A stretch of DNA of 64,000 nt from NCBI GenBank assembly GCA_010015805.1, contig ML978122.1, forward strand, positions 2,328,453-2,392,452, written 5' to 3'. Position 1 is the stretch's first letter, and each line of letters starts with the position of its first letter. The stretch is from Rhizodiscina lignyota. Its lineage: Eukaryota. The position numbers and the translations under genes are program-made. The notes under the pieces were generated by a model. It was not told the DNA's origin, searched no databases, and saw only the letters and a program-made list of their open reading frames with translations. Below are positions 24,343 to 37,096 of this stretch, in pieces.

Positions 24343-25007
24343 CTATGAGCAGGGACCAGCTGCAGATGTTGGGCGTAAGCGAGGATACCCTGTTGGACGC
24401 CCAGTCGGTCGCGGGTAGAAAGTGCCCGTTTGGCCCGTTCCCACACCACCGCGGCTGCTCGTCAAATTGGACCTCAAAGTGCCATCCCCAGCAATGCAAT
24501 CAACGCGCGACTTCAATATCTTGGATTCGAGCAAGAAGCTGCTCGGGTCGGCCTTGCCAGCGGTAATGTCGAACGTGCTGCAGGATGCTTGCGCACTTCC
24601 AGCGCAATGCCTAGCCACCGAATCAGTAGTAATCTTTGAGTGTCGGGCACGACGTACCATTGCAGAGCAGCCATCCCATTCGGCGCATTCTCTGGTATCT
24701 GGAATCTGACGATCTGATCGCCAAAGCACTGTTGGGGAATAGTGGTCCAGGTGATGGGCAGAAACGATGGGTCTGCAAAGGCCACCGTAGCTTCGCAAGG
24801 CGTGTTCTGCATCAATCTACTTCGTGTCAGTAAAGACAAGCCGCAACAAGGTGTCGCACGTGCTGACTGAAACGCCAGTTCATCTCCAGCTTGAACCGTA
24901 AACCTCGGACTCAGCAAACAGGGGAGCGAGGGCTCGGTAACGGACAGCTGCGCCAAAGCTGTCTGTGCGACAAGAAGAAGCGCGCAAAGGGACGAGCGGG
25001 GAGCCAT
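24343..25007 (-). CDS. Secreted Cys-containing protein, multi-exon
   Basis: Signal peptide MAPRSSLCALLLVAQTALA; FQIPENAPNGMAALQW|..CAGSAQASCSTFDI; T/P/G-rich tail. Confidence 0.65.
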
Positions 25008-25276
25008 GGTAGTGGTTATTGTGGTATGTCGACTTGAGAATAGCATACTTTAGATTGCGACTTACTGACACGGATTGGCTTTATAGCACGTTTCATCAGC
25101 AGCACGGATCTGGGAGCCACGAAGCGGCCACCGTACCATCATCAAGCGTACACTATCCCCTTCGACCTCCATGGAGGCGAGAGTCGAGAGTCAAGAGCTC
25201 GGATCGGGTCTTGGAATCCAAATGTCAGTTTCAGAGCCCCAGGAAGGAACACGGCTCCAAGCGTGTGTGTCTCTAT

Positions 25277-25597
25277 ATGTGGCGAGCGGCGAATCGCTGG
25301 GTTCTGCATCAGACCAACATGGGCAATGACGATCTTTCGTTAGCTGGCTCTCTGAGGCTGCATGCACCGAACGTCCGTATTGTCCGAAAGATCAAAGCAG
25401 ACTGCGAAGCCACCGAGAACCTGCGTGTTCTCGCTGCGGCAAATGCGCTCCGCAAACGCCTCGAGGACATTTCTTGCATGTGCTCTCAATCTCGATGCGA
25501 TGTCGATTTCATAAACGAGCAGGAGGTTCTGCTCACGATCACACTTAGCCCAGACGATGTCGAACAAGATTCGGAAGATTTTTATTTTCTCGCTTGA
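25277..25597 (+). CDS. Small hypothetical protein
   Basis: ATG ORF of about 106 aa, divergent from the secreted gene. Confidence 0.4.
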   Translation: MWRAANRWVLHQTNMGNDDLSLAGSLRLHAPNVRIVRKIKADCEATENLRVLAAANALRKRLEDISCMCSQSRCDVDFINEQEVLLTITLSPDDVEQDSEDFYFLA

Positions 25598-25734
25598 TTA
25601 CTAGTGCGTACAGCTATGAAAGCGCGAGACGCCGCAGAAGAGAGCCCAAGACAACTATCCCTCCACAAATGAAGAGACGCCCCTATTCCATGTTCCGCTC
25701 TGGCCCGGGGCGTCGGACCTTGCGTCTGAAGTTA

Positions 25735-26372
25735 TTAGGGCCTGGGAGTGGGCAGGCGAAGCTGTCCAAGGCGTGGCGGCAATATCAAAGGCGAAGGCAC
25801 GGCCGACCGCCGCATCGTGGGCGGCCCGGTTTCTGGCATAACATCTGGCTCTCCATGGTGCTCTGTCTTGGACCGAGGAGTGGCGATTGTGCACTCCGTC
25901 GTAGCTGTGGGAAGCGAAGTCGAAGCTCCGTCGTTGTAATCGATTATTTCAGCCATCTCCTTGTGCAGTCCATAGATCTCCGCGGTCTTGTCAGCGATCA
26001 TCTGGTTGAGACGGCCGATCTCGCGCTCGCCCTCCTCGAGTCTCATAGAGCACTGGCGCAGGTGATTATCGCTGTAGTCCAAGTCTTGCAGACATTTCTT
26101 GTACAAATCTTTAACTCGGCCGAACTGCTGCTCAGTCTGGACCCTCTTGTACATTTCTTGTCGAAGCTGCTCGCGGGTCCAATTGTGGAACTGGACTTCG
26201 TTGTGCAAGGCCTCGGCATCAGTCACTACGATCGTGTCAGGTGGTCAGTACTTCTAAAGAATAATCGGAATCTCGTACGAGGAGCGCGGTGAGTAAATGC
26301 CTGGCCATGTTGAGCATCGTTCGGCAACGCCACCTGGGCGATCTGATATGGGTGCGCAGGCATTCCCTCCAT
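25735..26372 (-). CDS. Coiled-coil protein, 2 exons
   Basis: MEGMPAHPY..RAP|LTDAEALH via GTACGA..TAG intron; heptad-rich core. Confidence 0.65.
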
Positions 26373-26888
26373 TGTGTGAGAAGGCAGAGAGGGCACAGAA
26401 CGAAAGGAGTGAAATACTCAATAAGAAAGGGAGCGAAATATCAGATGCTGAGGGAATATTCTGAAATATTATTTTGCCTATCATGCAGCTGTATTTAAAT
26501 ATTCAGTAAGACTGAGCTCGCCCACAACCATCTGTCTACGTTCTGCCGACGAGTTGTTTCAAAGTGACGCTCTAAGCAATGCTAGCGCTAAAAAAGATAG
26601 AGAACTGTGGGGAACATGTTGTATCTGCGCTTTGCATTAGCGGCGCTAATAAGATGGGTCGCTATCTGGGATCTCGATTCTAGAAACCGGGATTTCCTCC
26701 GTGCTTGCATTGCCGCTTGGTGGGGTCCTTTGCGACGGCACAGTAACAGCAAGCGCTAAGCGCTATCTTCCGAGCCATTTATGCTTCACGTAGCCAGTTC
26801 CAAGATACTAGATCCAACTTATTCTTTTCCTATCGGACATTCGTTTACGCTTTCTCAACATAGTCTTATCCTTTACCCATCACCTAAC

Positions 26889-27717
26889 ATGGCTCCTGCG
26901 CTGAAGACGCGGACCCCGTCGTGGAATGACAAGCTGAGGAAGCAGCGCCTAGAAGCATTCTTCAATAAGATTTACGACTTTGATTGGGGGCATATGTCGA
27001 CCTGGGACGTGAAAGTCAGTCTCCTCCTCGAAGGAAACGAAAAGTTTGGAGTGCACATGTATCAGAGCGACGAATCATTCAATCCTTTTAGAGACGATTA
27101 CGTTAGTAGCTGGTTCACTAGTCTTGGAGCATTTTTCTAACATTCCACAGCCCGGTATTGGGAGAGCTGACCGGAGGGATCGAAGCAACTGGTGGACCGC
27201 GCGTCACGAGCAAGAGAGAGCATCTGCGACAGATGATTCCGTCGCCGATTCGTCCGTGGCAGAGGCATCTGGGGTAGAAGTATCTGAGGCGGCTCTTGCC
27301 GTCCCACCGGCTGAGTGCTGGCCGTCCGCTCGACGACAATCATCGCCGATGCCGAACATGCAGACGCTTCGAAGAACCTCACCACATCCAAGCCGTCGAC
27401 TGCACGATGCCACTGCTGCCGCATCGGGATCGCAGGTCTCAGCACAACAAGCCGCCCCTCAGCAGGCAGTTTCTCCGCCGCAAAACCCTCAGCAAACGGC
27501 ACCGACTGAGCAATGGCAGAAGTTCGACGCTCTGGGATGGTCACCTACTTCTTCCTTCGGTGTAACACAGTCTACAGGTCAGTATGGGCTCATCATGCCG
27601 TCCGCAAGCGGTGGCATACACGCGAGCACGATCCCACCATATACTGGCAAGTATCCTGAGAAGGCCCACACACGTCTGCCGAGCGACACCATGAATGGGA
27701 TGGGGGTATACCAGTGA
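26889..27717 (+). CDS. Divergent MADS-box-like protein, 2 exons
   Basis: KLRKQRLEAFFNKIYDF..VKVSLLLE..HMYQSDESF; intron 27102-27150 (GTTAGT..CTAAC..CAG) joins in frame to a low-complexity exon. Confidence 0.55.
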
Positions 27718-27918
27718 GCACTTGGTCACGCAGGATTAAAGTTTGAATGATAGAGCAGCGCGAAGCACAGACAGAAAGGAATTGTAAAGAGTGGGAGGTC
27801 TAGTTAAGCGTTACAACCATCGTTACTTTTTTCTCCGAATGTAATCCAGTCCAATCTTCGTAATCGCTTGCTTCCATCCTTTTTTGTTTCCTGGTTGTAT
27901 ATGTTAGAAGTGCGAGAA

Positions 27919-28479
27919 TTATCTGCATTCGAGGGAGGGCAAGGTACCTTTATCTGCAACAGTAGCTTCCGCGAGGATACAGTTCAGAACCTGCACAATA
28001 ATCTCATACATCGTGCTTCTTAGTGGTGTCGATGACTGTTCATTTGAAGAGAACAGGAGATCTGGGGCGAGCAACTGGAACTGTCTATCAAGGGGAACGA
28101 GCGATGCGGAAACATTTCTCAGAGTCGGCTGGAGACTGTTCGATAGTGAGATTGGCACGGCTGTTGAGGTAGTGGCGTCGGTGGTAGTGGCGTCGGTGTT
28201 AGTGGCGTCGGTAGTCGTAGTGGCGGAACCTTCGGTAGCTTTGAGCCTCTTCCACTGTGGTGGATTTGGGTGTCTCAATTCCTGCAGAAGCGCCATGATG
28301 CCTTCATGTCTCGCGAGCTCCCCTTTCTCGAAGGCGGCTAAGCGCCTGGCAAGCGTCCGGTTTGCCAATTGGTGTTGCGCTGTGCTTGTCAGCCTTGCAA
28401 GCGTCAAATGTCTCTGAGAAGCGCTCGTACTCTCCAACCACTGCTCAGAGTCCAGAGATCGGGCTCTCTTCCGCGTCAT
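27919..28479 (-). CDS. Hypothetical protein with Thr-rich repeat
   Basis: 186-aa ATG ORF; TTTDA repeats; basic N-terminus. Confidence 0.55.
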   Translation of the reverse strand: MTRKRARSLDSEQWLESTSASQRHLTLARLTSTAQHQLANRTLARRLAAFEKGELARHEGIMALLQELRHPNPPQWKRLKATEGSATTTTDATNTDATTTDATTSTAVPISLSNSLQPTLRNVSASLVPLDRQFQLLAPDLLFSSNEQSSTPLRSTMYEIIVQVLNCILAEATVADKGTLPSLECR

Positions 28480-28751
28480 GTTCGCAATGCTGTATCTGCC
28501 TGGGGCGGAACAGTCCGAGCTTTCACGGCCCTTAATATACTGTGAGAATTCGCAATAGCAAGATCTGGAATCCGGGTAGCGGACTCTTGACCATCAACAG
28601 ACGGCGGCTTAACTCCAGTGTCCACGATAAGGGTATCAAAATCCTAGACCCAAGAGTCGCGATCTAAAGTAGATGTTGAGAACCTTAAAGACTTTAAATA
28701 CGGTTCGTCCGTCTCCTATTGTCACATACAACACATTTCACCCAACTCACG

Positions 28752-29306
28752 ATGGCATTTTCGTTCGCCTACCAAGTACAGCAAGTTCAACATCGATCAC
28801 TGGTCAGTCATTTGCTGGCTCGCATATTCTCGTCGCGGCCAAAGATCCCCAACGACCAGAGCAGCGCCGTTGGGAATGAGCTTCACGAACCTTCTTTCCC
28901 CAACGAAATCATCGTTTACATACCTCCCAACCGAGCGGATCCTGCTGGAAATGCCAGAAGAGTCCGATTAGATCAGGGCCGCAACACTTTTGAGTGTCCA
29001 ATCAGGAACGCGACAGGCGCAAAGCAAATCGTCGACATTATCCAACTCAATATGGAAGTTCCTCGTGAACGGGCTGAGCCGCTCGAATTGAAGATCCCCT
29101 TGACGCCAGAGGCCCCGTACTTGTCCATCCCAAGGCCGCCTCGCTACGAGGAAGGAGAGAACGGTTCGGCAGAGGGGAGCAGGGGTGTGGGAATCGCTCC
29201 TTCGCAGGGGCCGCAAGAGTCTAATGTGAACGCGGCTCTCGGTGATGATGAGACTCTGGTGGGAGGCGAGTGCCGCGAGTGTGGGAGGCCAGAGTTTTCT
29301 TGGTAG
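28752..29306 (+). CDS. Hypothetical protein
   Basis: ATG ORF of 184 aa, terminal CxxC. Confidence 0.55.
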   Translation: MAFSFAYQVQQVQHRSLVSHLLARIFSSRPKIPNDQSSAVGNELHEPSFPNEIIVYIPPNRADPAGNARRVRLDQGRNTFECPIRNATGAKQIVDIIQLNMEVPRERAEPLELKIPLTPEAPYLSIPRPPRYEEGENGSAEGSRGVGIAPSQGPQESNVNAALGDDETLVGGECRECGRPEFSW

Positions 29307-29948
29307 CTAGGCTTGGATGGGGATGTCGTGGTGGCGTTTCTACGTATAGGTGCCCCATAGATAGACAATGAGACTCCTGTCCTGTTGCATGATGATTTAA
29401 GCTCCCGTGATTTCGTGCGTAAGTGGTTAGGTCCAAATGGCCAACTGCATAAAGGATGTTCCATGGAGGTAGGCGCTTACATCGCTTACGATTCTAGCTT
29501 CCTGATTAGGCTACGTTCCCGCGATGCTGTGCCACATCTAGACGCCGCCCTCCTCGTCACACCTGCCACATCCCACCCGCATCTACGGTTCTACCCAAAG
29601 CCTCCAAAGTTAATTACCGAGTTACGTGTCGTCCCTGCCACGCTGACCGCAGCTCCTGTTAGGGTTTGCTGCATGCAACGCGCCTGCTATCACGTTCTCT
29701 TCGCTTCCACCTCCCGCGTAGCGACGATGCAGGTACACTATCGGTGTTAGCGCTGGAACCGCAGACGGTGGCGGTAACGAGTATGGGTCCTGGATTCTGT
29801 TGACTGCGCAAAGCGCTTCGCACCAAGTGATATTTTCTTTTTAACTAACACTGTATGTTTCCCAGACAAAATTGTATCATTTGCGATTCCTGTTTTCAGT
29901 TTATACATCACCATTGCGCACATTCGTGCGTCCTTTCTTCCTTTAACA

Positions 29949-30285
29949 ATGCACTCGGACTCTTGGCTCGACAAGCTCCGAGCAAAGAGACGGACTTTCC
30001 ATCGACGCCGACCGGCCGCTTTCAAAAAGATGAACGAACTTCACGTGTTAGGAGGGGTAGAGGTCTTCTTTCAAGTTCGTGGATATGGTAGCATATGGGA
30101 GTACAAGTCTTCAAATGAGACTCGTCCGCTCTCTCCCGAGCAGCTCGTTAGTCTTCTTTTGCGATCAATCGTCCTAATGATAACTTCTATAGAAAAACTC
30201 CTTTCCTCCTCCGATAGAGCTACGTCCAGAAATGTTCAAACTAAAGGGGTCAGAGCTCCTCCTCGATCTCGAACTCCGCGATTGA
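29949..30285 (+). CDS. Small MADS-box (SRF-like) protein, 2 exons
   Basis: KRRTFHRRRPAAFKKMNELHVLGGVEVFFQV..WEYKSS matches the MADS pattern; intron GTTAGT..TAG ending at 30192; overlaps the DUF3723 3' end. Confidence 0.7.
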
Positions 30286-33200
30286 CTGGGTTTGGAGTTG
30301 GACAACGGCATCAGATATTTCTTCGGAACCATTGGGCCTTGGCGTGTCGTCGCCGATCATCATCCTCGTTTCTGTCATTTGTTTGAGCTGCGAGTTTGCG
30401 TCTTCCTGTACCTCAGCCGCTATCATTAATGCAGTGCCTTGAAAAGCACCGTTGGCTGCCCACTGATCCATGACTGTTTTCTCTCCCGCAAAAATGATGT
30501 GGATCCGCTCCCATATCTCGATTAACTCCTCAAACTCGCCAGGGAATATCTTACCCGTCCAATCGCGGAATATAATGTGTTGTCCTTTTCGGAAAGCGTT
30601 TTCTAAAGATCGGCGTAGTTTCGGCGCAAAGTCCTCCAGATCATCCGTGATGAGCGGGACTGGAGGCTGCGCAGCATCGTAAACGAACCACATCGCCCAC
30701 CGACCACTGGAGGCAATCGATTTCTGAGTGCTCTTCAGAAATTCCAGTGTCGACTGACCCGACTGTGCGATGGTATTTACGAAGTACTTCGCACTGTCGA
30801 GGAGCTGTAGTTGTAGTTCCTGTTGGCTCAGTTGCATTCTACACATCTGTTCCATTGTTATGATGGCTGTCTCGTGAGCGCTTTGGGACGCTTGCTGACT
30901 CGCATTAATGACTCCCTGGGTGGTTTGCAGCGCTTGCTGGCCGATTTGAAAGACTTGCTCATTATTTTGTGCCGCGCGATTCATGAACTCTTCCTGCTTC
31001 TGTTCCTTCCAGTTACTCGCTTCGACCATCAGTTGTGTCTTCTGGATTTGTAATTGTAAGTCTCTCTGGTCAATGGCAACGTCCGCCTTTGCTTTGAGCA
31101 ATTCCAAATCTATTTGGAGTTGACGGATCTGTGCAGATTTCTCTGTATTTTCAAGGATAAGCTCCCTTTGCTTTACCGACAGCTCGTTCTTTTCGCCGTG
31201 GCCAGCTTCGAGCTGCGTGTTTAGTTCCACATTTTTCCTACGAAGGACATCTCTTTCTTTTCGTAGAGCTGAGTACTTCTTGGTAAGCTCGTCATTCTGT
31301 TGCTTTAGACGGTCTCTTTCGTCTTTTAACAGAGTATTGCTGTCACTGAGGGCCTTTTTCTGACGTTTCATGGCCTCTATATCGGCGCCTTCATCGAGTT
31401 TCCTTTTTCTCCCACTCTCGACAGTCTGCGTCAATTCGTTCAGTTTCACCGTCTGCTCCTCGAGCCTTTCTTTCAATTGCGTCTTTTCTGTTGCTAATGA
31501 TTGCAGCTCTTTCTCTTGATTCACATTTAGCCTGCGGAGGTTCTCACTTTCTTCCACCGCCTTCAGAGCTTTCGCTCCCATACTGCTTGCCTTTCCCTGC
31601 AGCTCTCGGTACGATGTCTTTTGGTGCTGAAGCTGCTCGTTAAGGTCTCTGTTCTCCGCTGCTAACGTGTCGCAGTACTGTTCTTGCTGCGGGTGCAACA
31701 CTTCGTCAACGCTCTGGCCTATGCGTTGTTCAATTATGGAAGCGGCATCTTCTAGAGGCTCAGTTGGACTCGAATCTGTTCGGCCTACAGGTCGAAGATC
31801 CTCAAGTGGCTGATCTGCGTCGAGCGCTGTGCCCAAGTAGGTTCTATACGTCGTATCCTCAGCTAAGAAAGTCCAAAAGATGTCTCTTTTCACGAAGAAC
31901 GGCGAAATGTCTCCGTCGGCTGAGTTGTCAGCCGCGCTGTCTGCAGCAAAGAAGCTTGGTATGAAGAGTTGCTTCTGGTCATACCAGTAGTCTTTCTCAA
32001 ATGGTCTTCCGTAGCGCCGTCCGCGCATCAGCCGTCCATCTATTCTCAAGCTCGGCGTTGCGTGTACTGCAGGTCCTACCTTAGCAGTGCATGAAATGTC
32101 CAATTTTGGCCGTGGCAAGTTGAACCCCAACTTCACAGCGAGATTGTAGAGTTCTAATTCGACGTGGGGAGTGGCAGCGGCGTGCATGGCTTGGTGCTTT
32201 CTATCCTCTTGACGGGGGTTGAGCTTGCCTAGTTGGGGAAAGTTGCGAAGACAGAACACCCACAGAGAGACCCAAGCCACCCATCGATCCGATTCAAATG
32301 TTTGCTGTCCGTATATTGCAAAACACCCGTCGCCAACTTCGATGAGACGATGTGCAGGCGGCCGATATCGGGCATAAAAACTCTGTCTGAGGGAGACTCG
32401 GTCCAGGTATCGGCGACCCCCTAGAAGATTCTGCAATGGTACGGTACAAAGCTCAAGAACCTTCTGGTTCTCAAAGAAGATCCTGAGACTCGGTATGAGG
32501 CAGGGCTTCGCACAGAGCCGCTCTAAGAGCTGTCTACGTACTTCTAGATCATCAATTGTCCGAAATATGCTTTTAGATGCCATCAGCTGCTGAAGTTGCA
32601 AGCGGTCAACTTTAGAGACCGCAGGAGCGAGCTGCTCGAGCTGGTCGACTGTTTCAACGTCCACGTCTTCAGGAGCGATGAGGGTTCCGATTACGTTGTC
32701 TTTCCAATAATTTCGTACATGGGTGAGGCCATTAACAAGCTCCTATATCGCATTTAGCTTGCTGCCGAAGATTCATCGATGCTCAACGAATACCTCATCG
32801 CATTTCAAGGAGTGATGCCTGTGGATCTGTCCGAGCATTATCCGCGGCCATAGCCCTGGAATGTCTACCAAGTCCAAAAGCAAATCTCGAGTCGCTTCAT
32901 CTCGCAGCAGTTGCCTCAGGTCATTCTCCTTAGTCTGTGACTTTTCTGACAATCGGCCCCACCACTTTTGTTCTTCGTCGACCTTCAGATCCCGCCTGTA
33001 GCGCAGGATTTTATATAATATGTCTCCATCGCTCGGCGGTTGTTCGTCGGCAGCATTCTCCAGAAAGCCGATAGCGATACGTTCAGGCAGATCTAATTCG
33101 GCCTTTCAGCTACGTCACTGGCCTTGGGGCCACGTGTCATACCTTGAAATAATCGAACCGTCCACCATTGCTCGTCATCCGCCGGATTCAGATGCTGTCT

Positions 33201-33545
33201 AGCAGCTTCGATGCGATGGAAGCCTTCCAAACACCAGGTTCCATCGATTACAAGTGGTGCCTTGTCGCTTGCAGCATGGAGATCATTCTCCGTTCCATTG
33301 ACCTTTCCAAGTGCTGCTGCTATTGCCCTGGCGGACACATTGGCGACGATGAAATTCTTGGTCACGTCGCGAAGACATCCCTGGCGCGAAAAGATTCTCT
33401 TCAGTCCATCTACCCTCGCTTGCGAGACTGGTCTGTGATGATGTCGGGCCCATGTATGGTTAAGATCTATGCTACTAAGCTTCACTCTCGCAATTCCGAC
33501 AAAGTACTTCGTGGCTTCCCGCTCGTGAGCCGGCGTAGATGCCAT
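30250..33545 (-). CDS. DUF3723 protein with long C-terminal coiled coil, multi-exon
   Basis: CLEGFHRIEAA..WWTVRLF, PSDGDIYYKILRY, LIPSLRIFFEN, LWVFCLRNFP, RRYGRP. Confidence 0.88.
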
Positions 33546-33845
33546 CTCCAAGAGGAGAGAAAGAAGTCAGCATCACAAGTCTCACCGAGGCCCAACCCCA
33601 TCTTCCCGCGTTGAAAACCCTCTGAGATTCACTCCACAATCCGGGATCTCGGAACGGGCCGAGGCGTCCAGATCTCAGATTGTGGCGCGCAGATCACAGC
33701 GCCTCAGGAGTCAGATCCAAGGATCCAGATCTCACGGCTCGGACCCGAGCAGCGCACTAAGAACGACTAGCATAATAAACCGTTCAAGACCCGATCGATC
33801 GGATGCAATAATCTCCTGAGCGTCGCCTCTCTAATATCCGTCGCT

Positions 33846-36800
33846 ATGGCTCTCACTTTCCCGTGGATGACGATAACGCACGAACTCGCCCAGACTCGCG
33901 TGACGAGGTATCCGCACGCTTTCCGCGCAGTGCAGACAAGATCACGTGACTTACCCCAGTTCGTCGTTCTGGTTGGGAAACAATCCAAGTCATCTATGCT
34001 CCGTACAATATTAGACACTCCAAATGATCCACTCCTGCGAGGCACGCACGGTCAGATCTATATCCGCGCTGATACAAGATCGAATCGACCTCTTTACTAC
34101 ATAGACTGTGAGGCTAATCTCTTCAAGCCGAAGCACGCAGACTCGGCAAAGGGCGTTGGCCCGTCCGACGTTACGAAAGTGAACTGGCTGAGTACGCAAC
34201 GGCTGTCAACTTGCTCATTTGGTAATCTCCTCTGTGCCGACGTACTCGCTCCTTTGTCGAGCTTAGTGTGCTATTTTGCCGCTGACCTTGGAGGCCTGCG
34301 TGGCGTTGCAAGACTGCTCGCCGAGCAGCTGCTGCATTCCAAAGGTACTGACCTACCGCCGGAAGCATCAGCAGCTATCCTTATTATTACAGACACCAGA
34401 TCAGCCACATTTGAGCAGGCTGTGGCGGAGTCAAGGATGGTGGAGTTGGTGAAGCATTTTATTGCTGCTGAAGCCCCTATTGAGCCGCAGCTAGCCGCGA
34501 AGGTCGATAGGCTGTGTAAGTCCTTGCGTGTGATCGGTTTCCATAACAGTCTCAACCTCCAGAAGCGTTGCAAAACATTCCGGAGCATCGTGTCAGCAGT
34601 ATCCGACGCGCAGGCCACTTCGCGCTCATTGTTATGTCTGGCATTTTCCGCGAGGCACGCAGAGGCCCTTTTCACTTCTCTCCTTCATCATTTTAGTACC
34701 CAGAACCAGGATCGGTTTTCTTTCGTAGATGCTTCAAGGCCGGATGGATTCAGCATCAGCCGTTTCCCTCAGCAGCTCCAAAAGTTACTCCAGCTGATGC
34801 CTTCAGAAGCTTACCTCTGGCATTCGGTCGTACCTTATGTGGCCAATGCTTTGCTTCTGGCGTCCTTTCCTCCAGGAAGCCACTGTGAGTGGATACTTGT
34901 ATATTTATTCATGGCCAACCTAATTTTGGACCTAGATTTCTCGGCAGCGACGTTGTTCCGACATCTCTATTACGAGGTGTGTCGGGATGCAATTCAAAAC
35001 TATACTCATCGCATTGATATTCAAGAGAAATTCCTGTCCGATCTCGAACATGAGCTGGAACGACAATTGAGCGAACTACAGTCCCAACAGGGACGCACTG
35101 CACTGCACTATACTAAGACTCTGCGCCACCTCAACAGCGAAATCCCGATCCCTAAAAGCCACGAGCTCTGTTCTTGTCTAATGCGCATGCCAGAGCGCGA
35201 TTTAAGTTGTGGGCACTCGTTCTGTGAAACCTGTTTGCAACTAATCGCCCAGAAATGCAACATGCGGAGATATCATTACACCATTACCGGGTGTCCGGCC
35301 TGCGGTGAAGAACAGAAAGAGCCTTGTTTCAGATTGTTGCCGCCAACAGCCGGGGTTAGGTTGCTGAGCATCGACGGTGGGGGCGTTCGGGGGGTGATCC
35401 CGCTCATGGTCCTGAGCAGCGTAGAAAAAAGTCTCTCGTATTTACAATGCCCTCTGCGAGATTATTTCGATCTTATTTTGGGATCTTCAGCTGGTAAGTG
35501 GAATGACCGTGTGCAGTGTCTTCCAAAACTGATGAGATCGCAGGAGGCGTAGTCTCCATAGGGATCGGGGTCAAGCAATGGTCTACCGATGATTGCCTAG
35601 GCAACTTCGAGAAGCTCGTCTACAATCTCTTCTCTCGAAAGTCCAGCAGTTACGCATCGTTCCACCTCGTCCGAGACTTCGTGCAACTGTGTCTAAGCGA
35701 TTGCCAGTACGATTCTGAACTAGTCAACACCGCATTTAGTAATACCTTCGGCCGCGGTCTTTCTCTTTTTAGCACCCTGAGCACTTGTTCAAAGGTTGGG
35801 GTCACTACGACTAGGGTTCGGGATGCTATGCCTTGTTTGATCACAAACTATAATGGAACCGACCCGCGGCAGGATGTTGGTGAGTGTTCGAGCCATATCC
35901 GGATTTGTGTTTGCTGATGCAGCCAGGCTATCATATCGTCCGTGCAGAGAAACCCCAGGAGGACATACAGGTTGCCGATGCGTCAGTATCATGCCCCTGT
36001 TCCTGACGTACACTAACAATCGGACAGGGCAATCTGCACCTCCGCGGCACCCTGGTAGAGTAGCAGTTCATATATCCATGGGTTTAGAAAGGCTGATTTG
36101 TTGCCAGGTTCTTCAAACCGAAAGCAGTTCCTAGGCTAGACACATACGAGGACGGGAGCCTTCAGGAAAACAATCCTATAGCGATTGCACTTTCTGAATT
36201 TAGGACCATTTGGCCCAACCGGGGAGAACATCCTGACATTGGGCTCTCTCTTGGGACAGGGTGGGCGAGGAACGGGGCACCCCGAGGCGGCAGCGACTTA
36301 CCCGTCAGGGACAGAATGCCTACTCGCCTGGCAAGGAATTTCAAGCAAAGCCTGAATGGACAGAAGATCTGGCGGAGGTTCTTTAACACCTTGCCCAACA
36401 GTGCCCGGCATCGGTATCATCGCTTGGAGCCTATGTTCGGTAAGGAGGAGCCGCGCATAGACGAGCTGACGGCTCTCGAAGATTTAAAATCGTTTATTGA
36501 AGACTGGATGAGCTCAAACGAGTGGGTACAAGAGGTAAGATTGGTCCTCGACGGTCTGATTGCCTCGATATTCTACTTCGAGCTTGACGCCCTTCCTGAA
36601 TTCATCGATGGCCGCTATCACGTCTCTGGCCAGATACTCTGCCGACTTAATTTGTCGCGGCTAGGTCAGCAAAATCTGTACGAAATGCTAAGAAGTACAA
36701 AGTCCTACTTCTTAGTAAACGGAGACCCTAAATCCTGTCTTGAGGCCAAATTGCGAAATCGTCTTCCGTTTCGGAAACGCATCGAGTTCTCCTGTGAAGA

Positions 36801-36984
36801 CGGAGCGGTCGCGATATCTATTGGGGGAATCACTTCACGCTCATGTTCGATAAGCGGTATGCCTAGGGCTATAGACGACCTTATCCGTTGTCAGAAGCTT
36901 GATGCCCCTTTCGGCACAGTAGAACACGACACTATGGAAAAGCCACTTCCTTCGATACCTACGAAGAGAAAGGTCTGTGGATGA
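33846..36984 (+). CDS. Patatin-like phospholipase with RING-like zinc finger (Starship PLP), multi-exon
   Basis: C..CGHSFCETC..CPAC; LLSIDGGGVRG; FDLILGSSAG nucleophile motif; DGSLQENNP; IASIFYFEL. Divergent from DUF3723. Confidence 0.92.
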
Positions 36985-37096
36985 GCTGTTGTTTATTGTG
37001 CCGCGACAGAGGTATTATACAATGATGTACTCCGTAAAGATAAAAAATCAAATCTAATTATCTGTTATGAAAGCAGATGCTGCTCAGTCTACTAAC

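Noticed and set aside
24120..24566. Possible third MADS-like fragment
   Set aside because: No ATG or basic helix found; overlaps the secreted gene antisense.
25594..26292. 232-aa plus-strand ORF
   Set aside because: Antisense shadow of the spliced coiled-coil gene.
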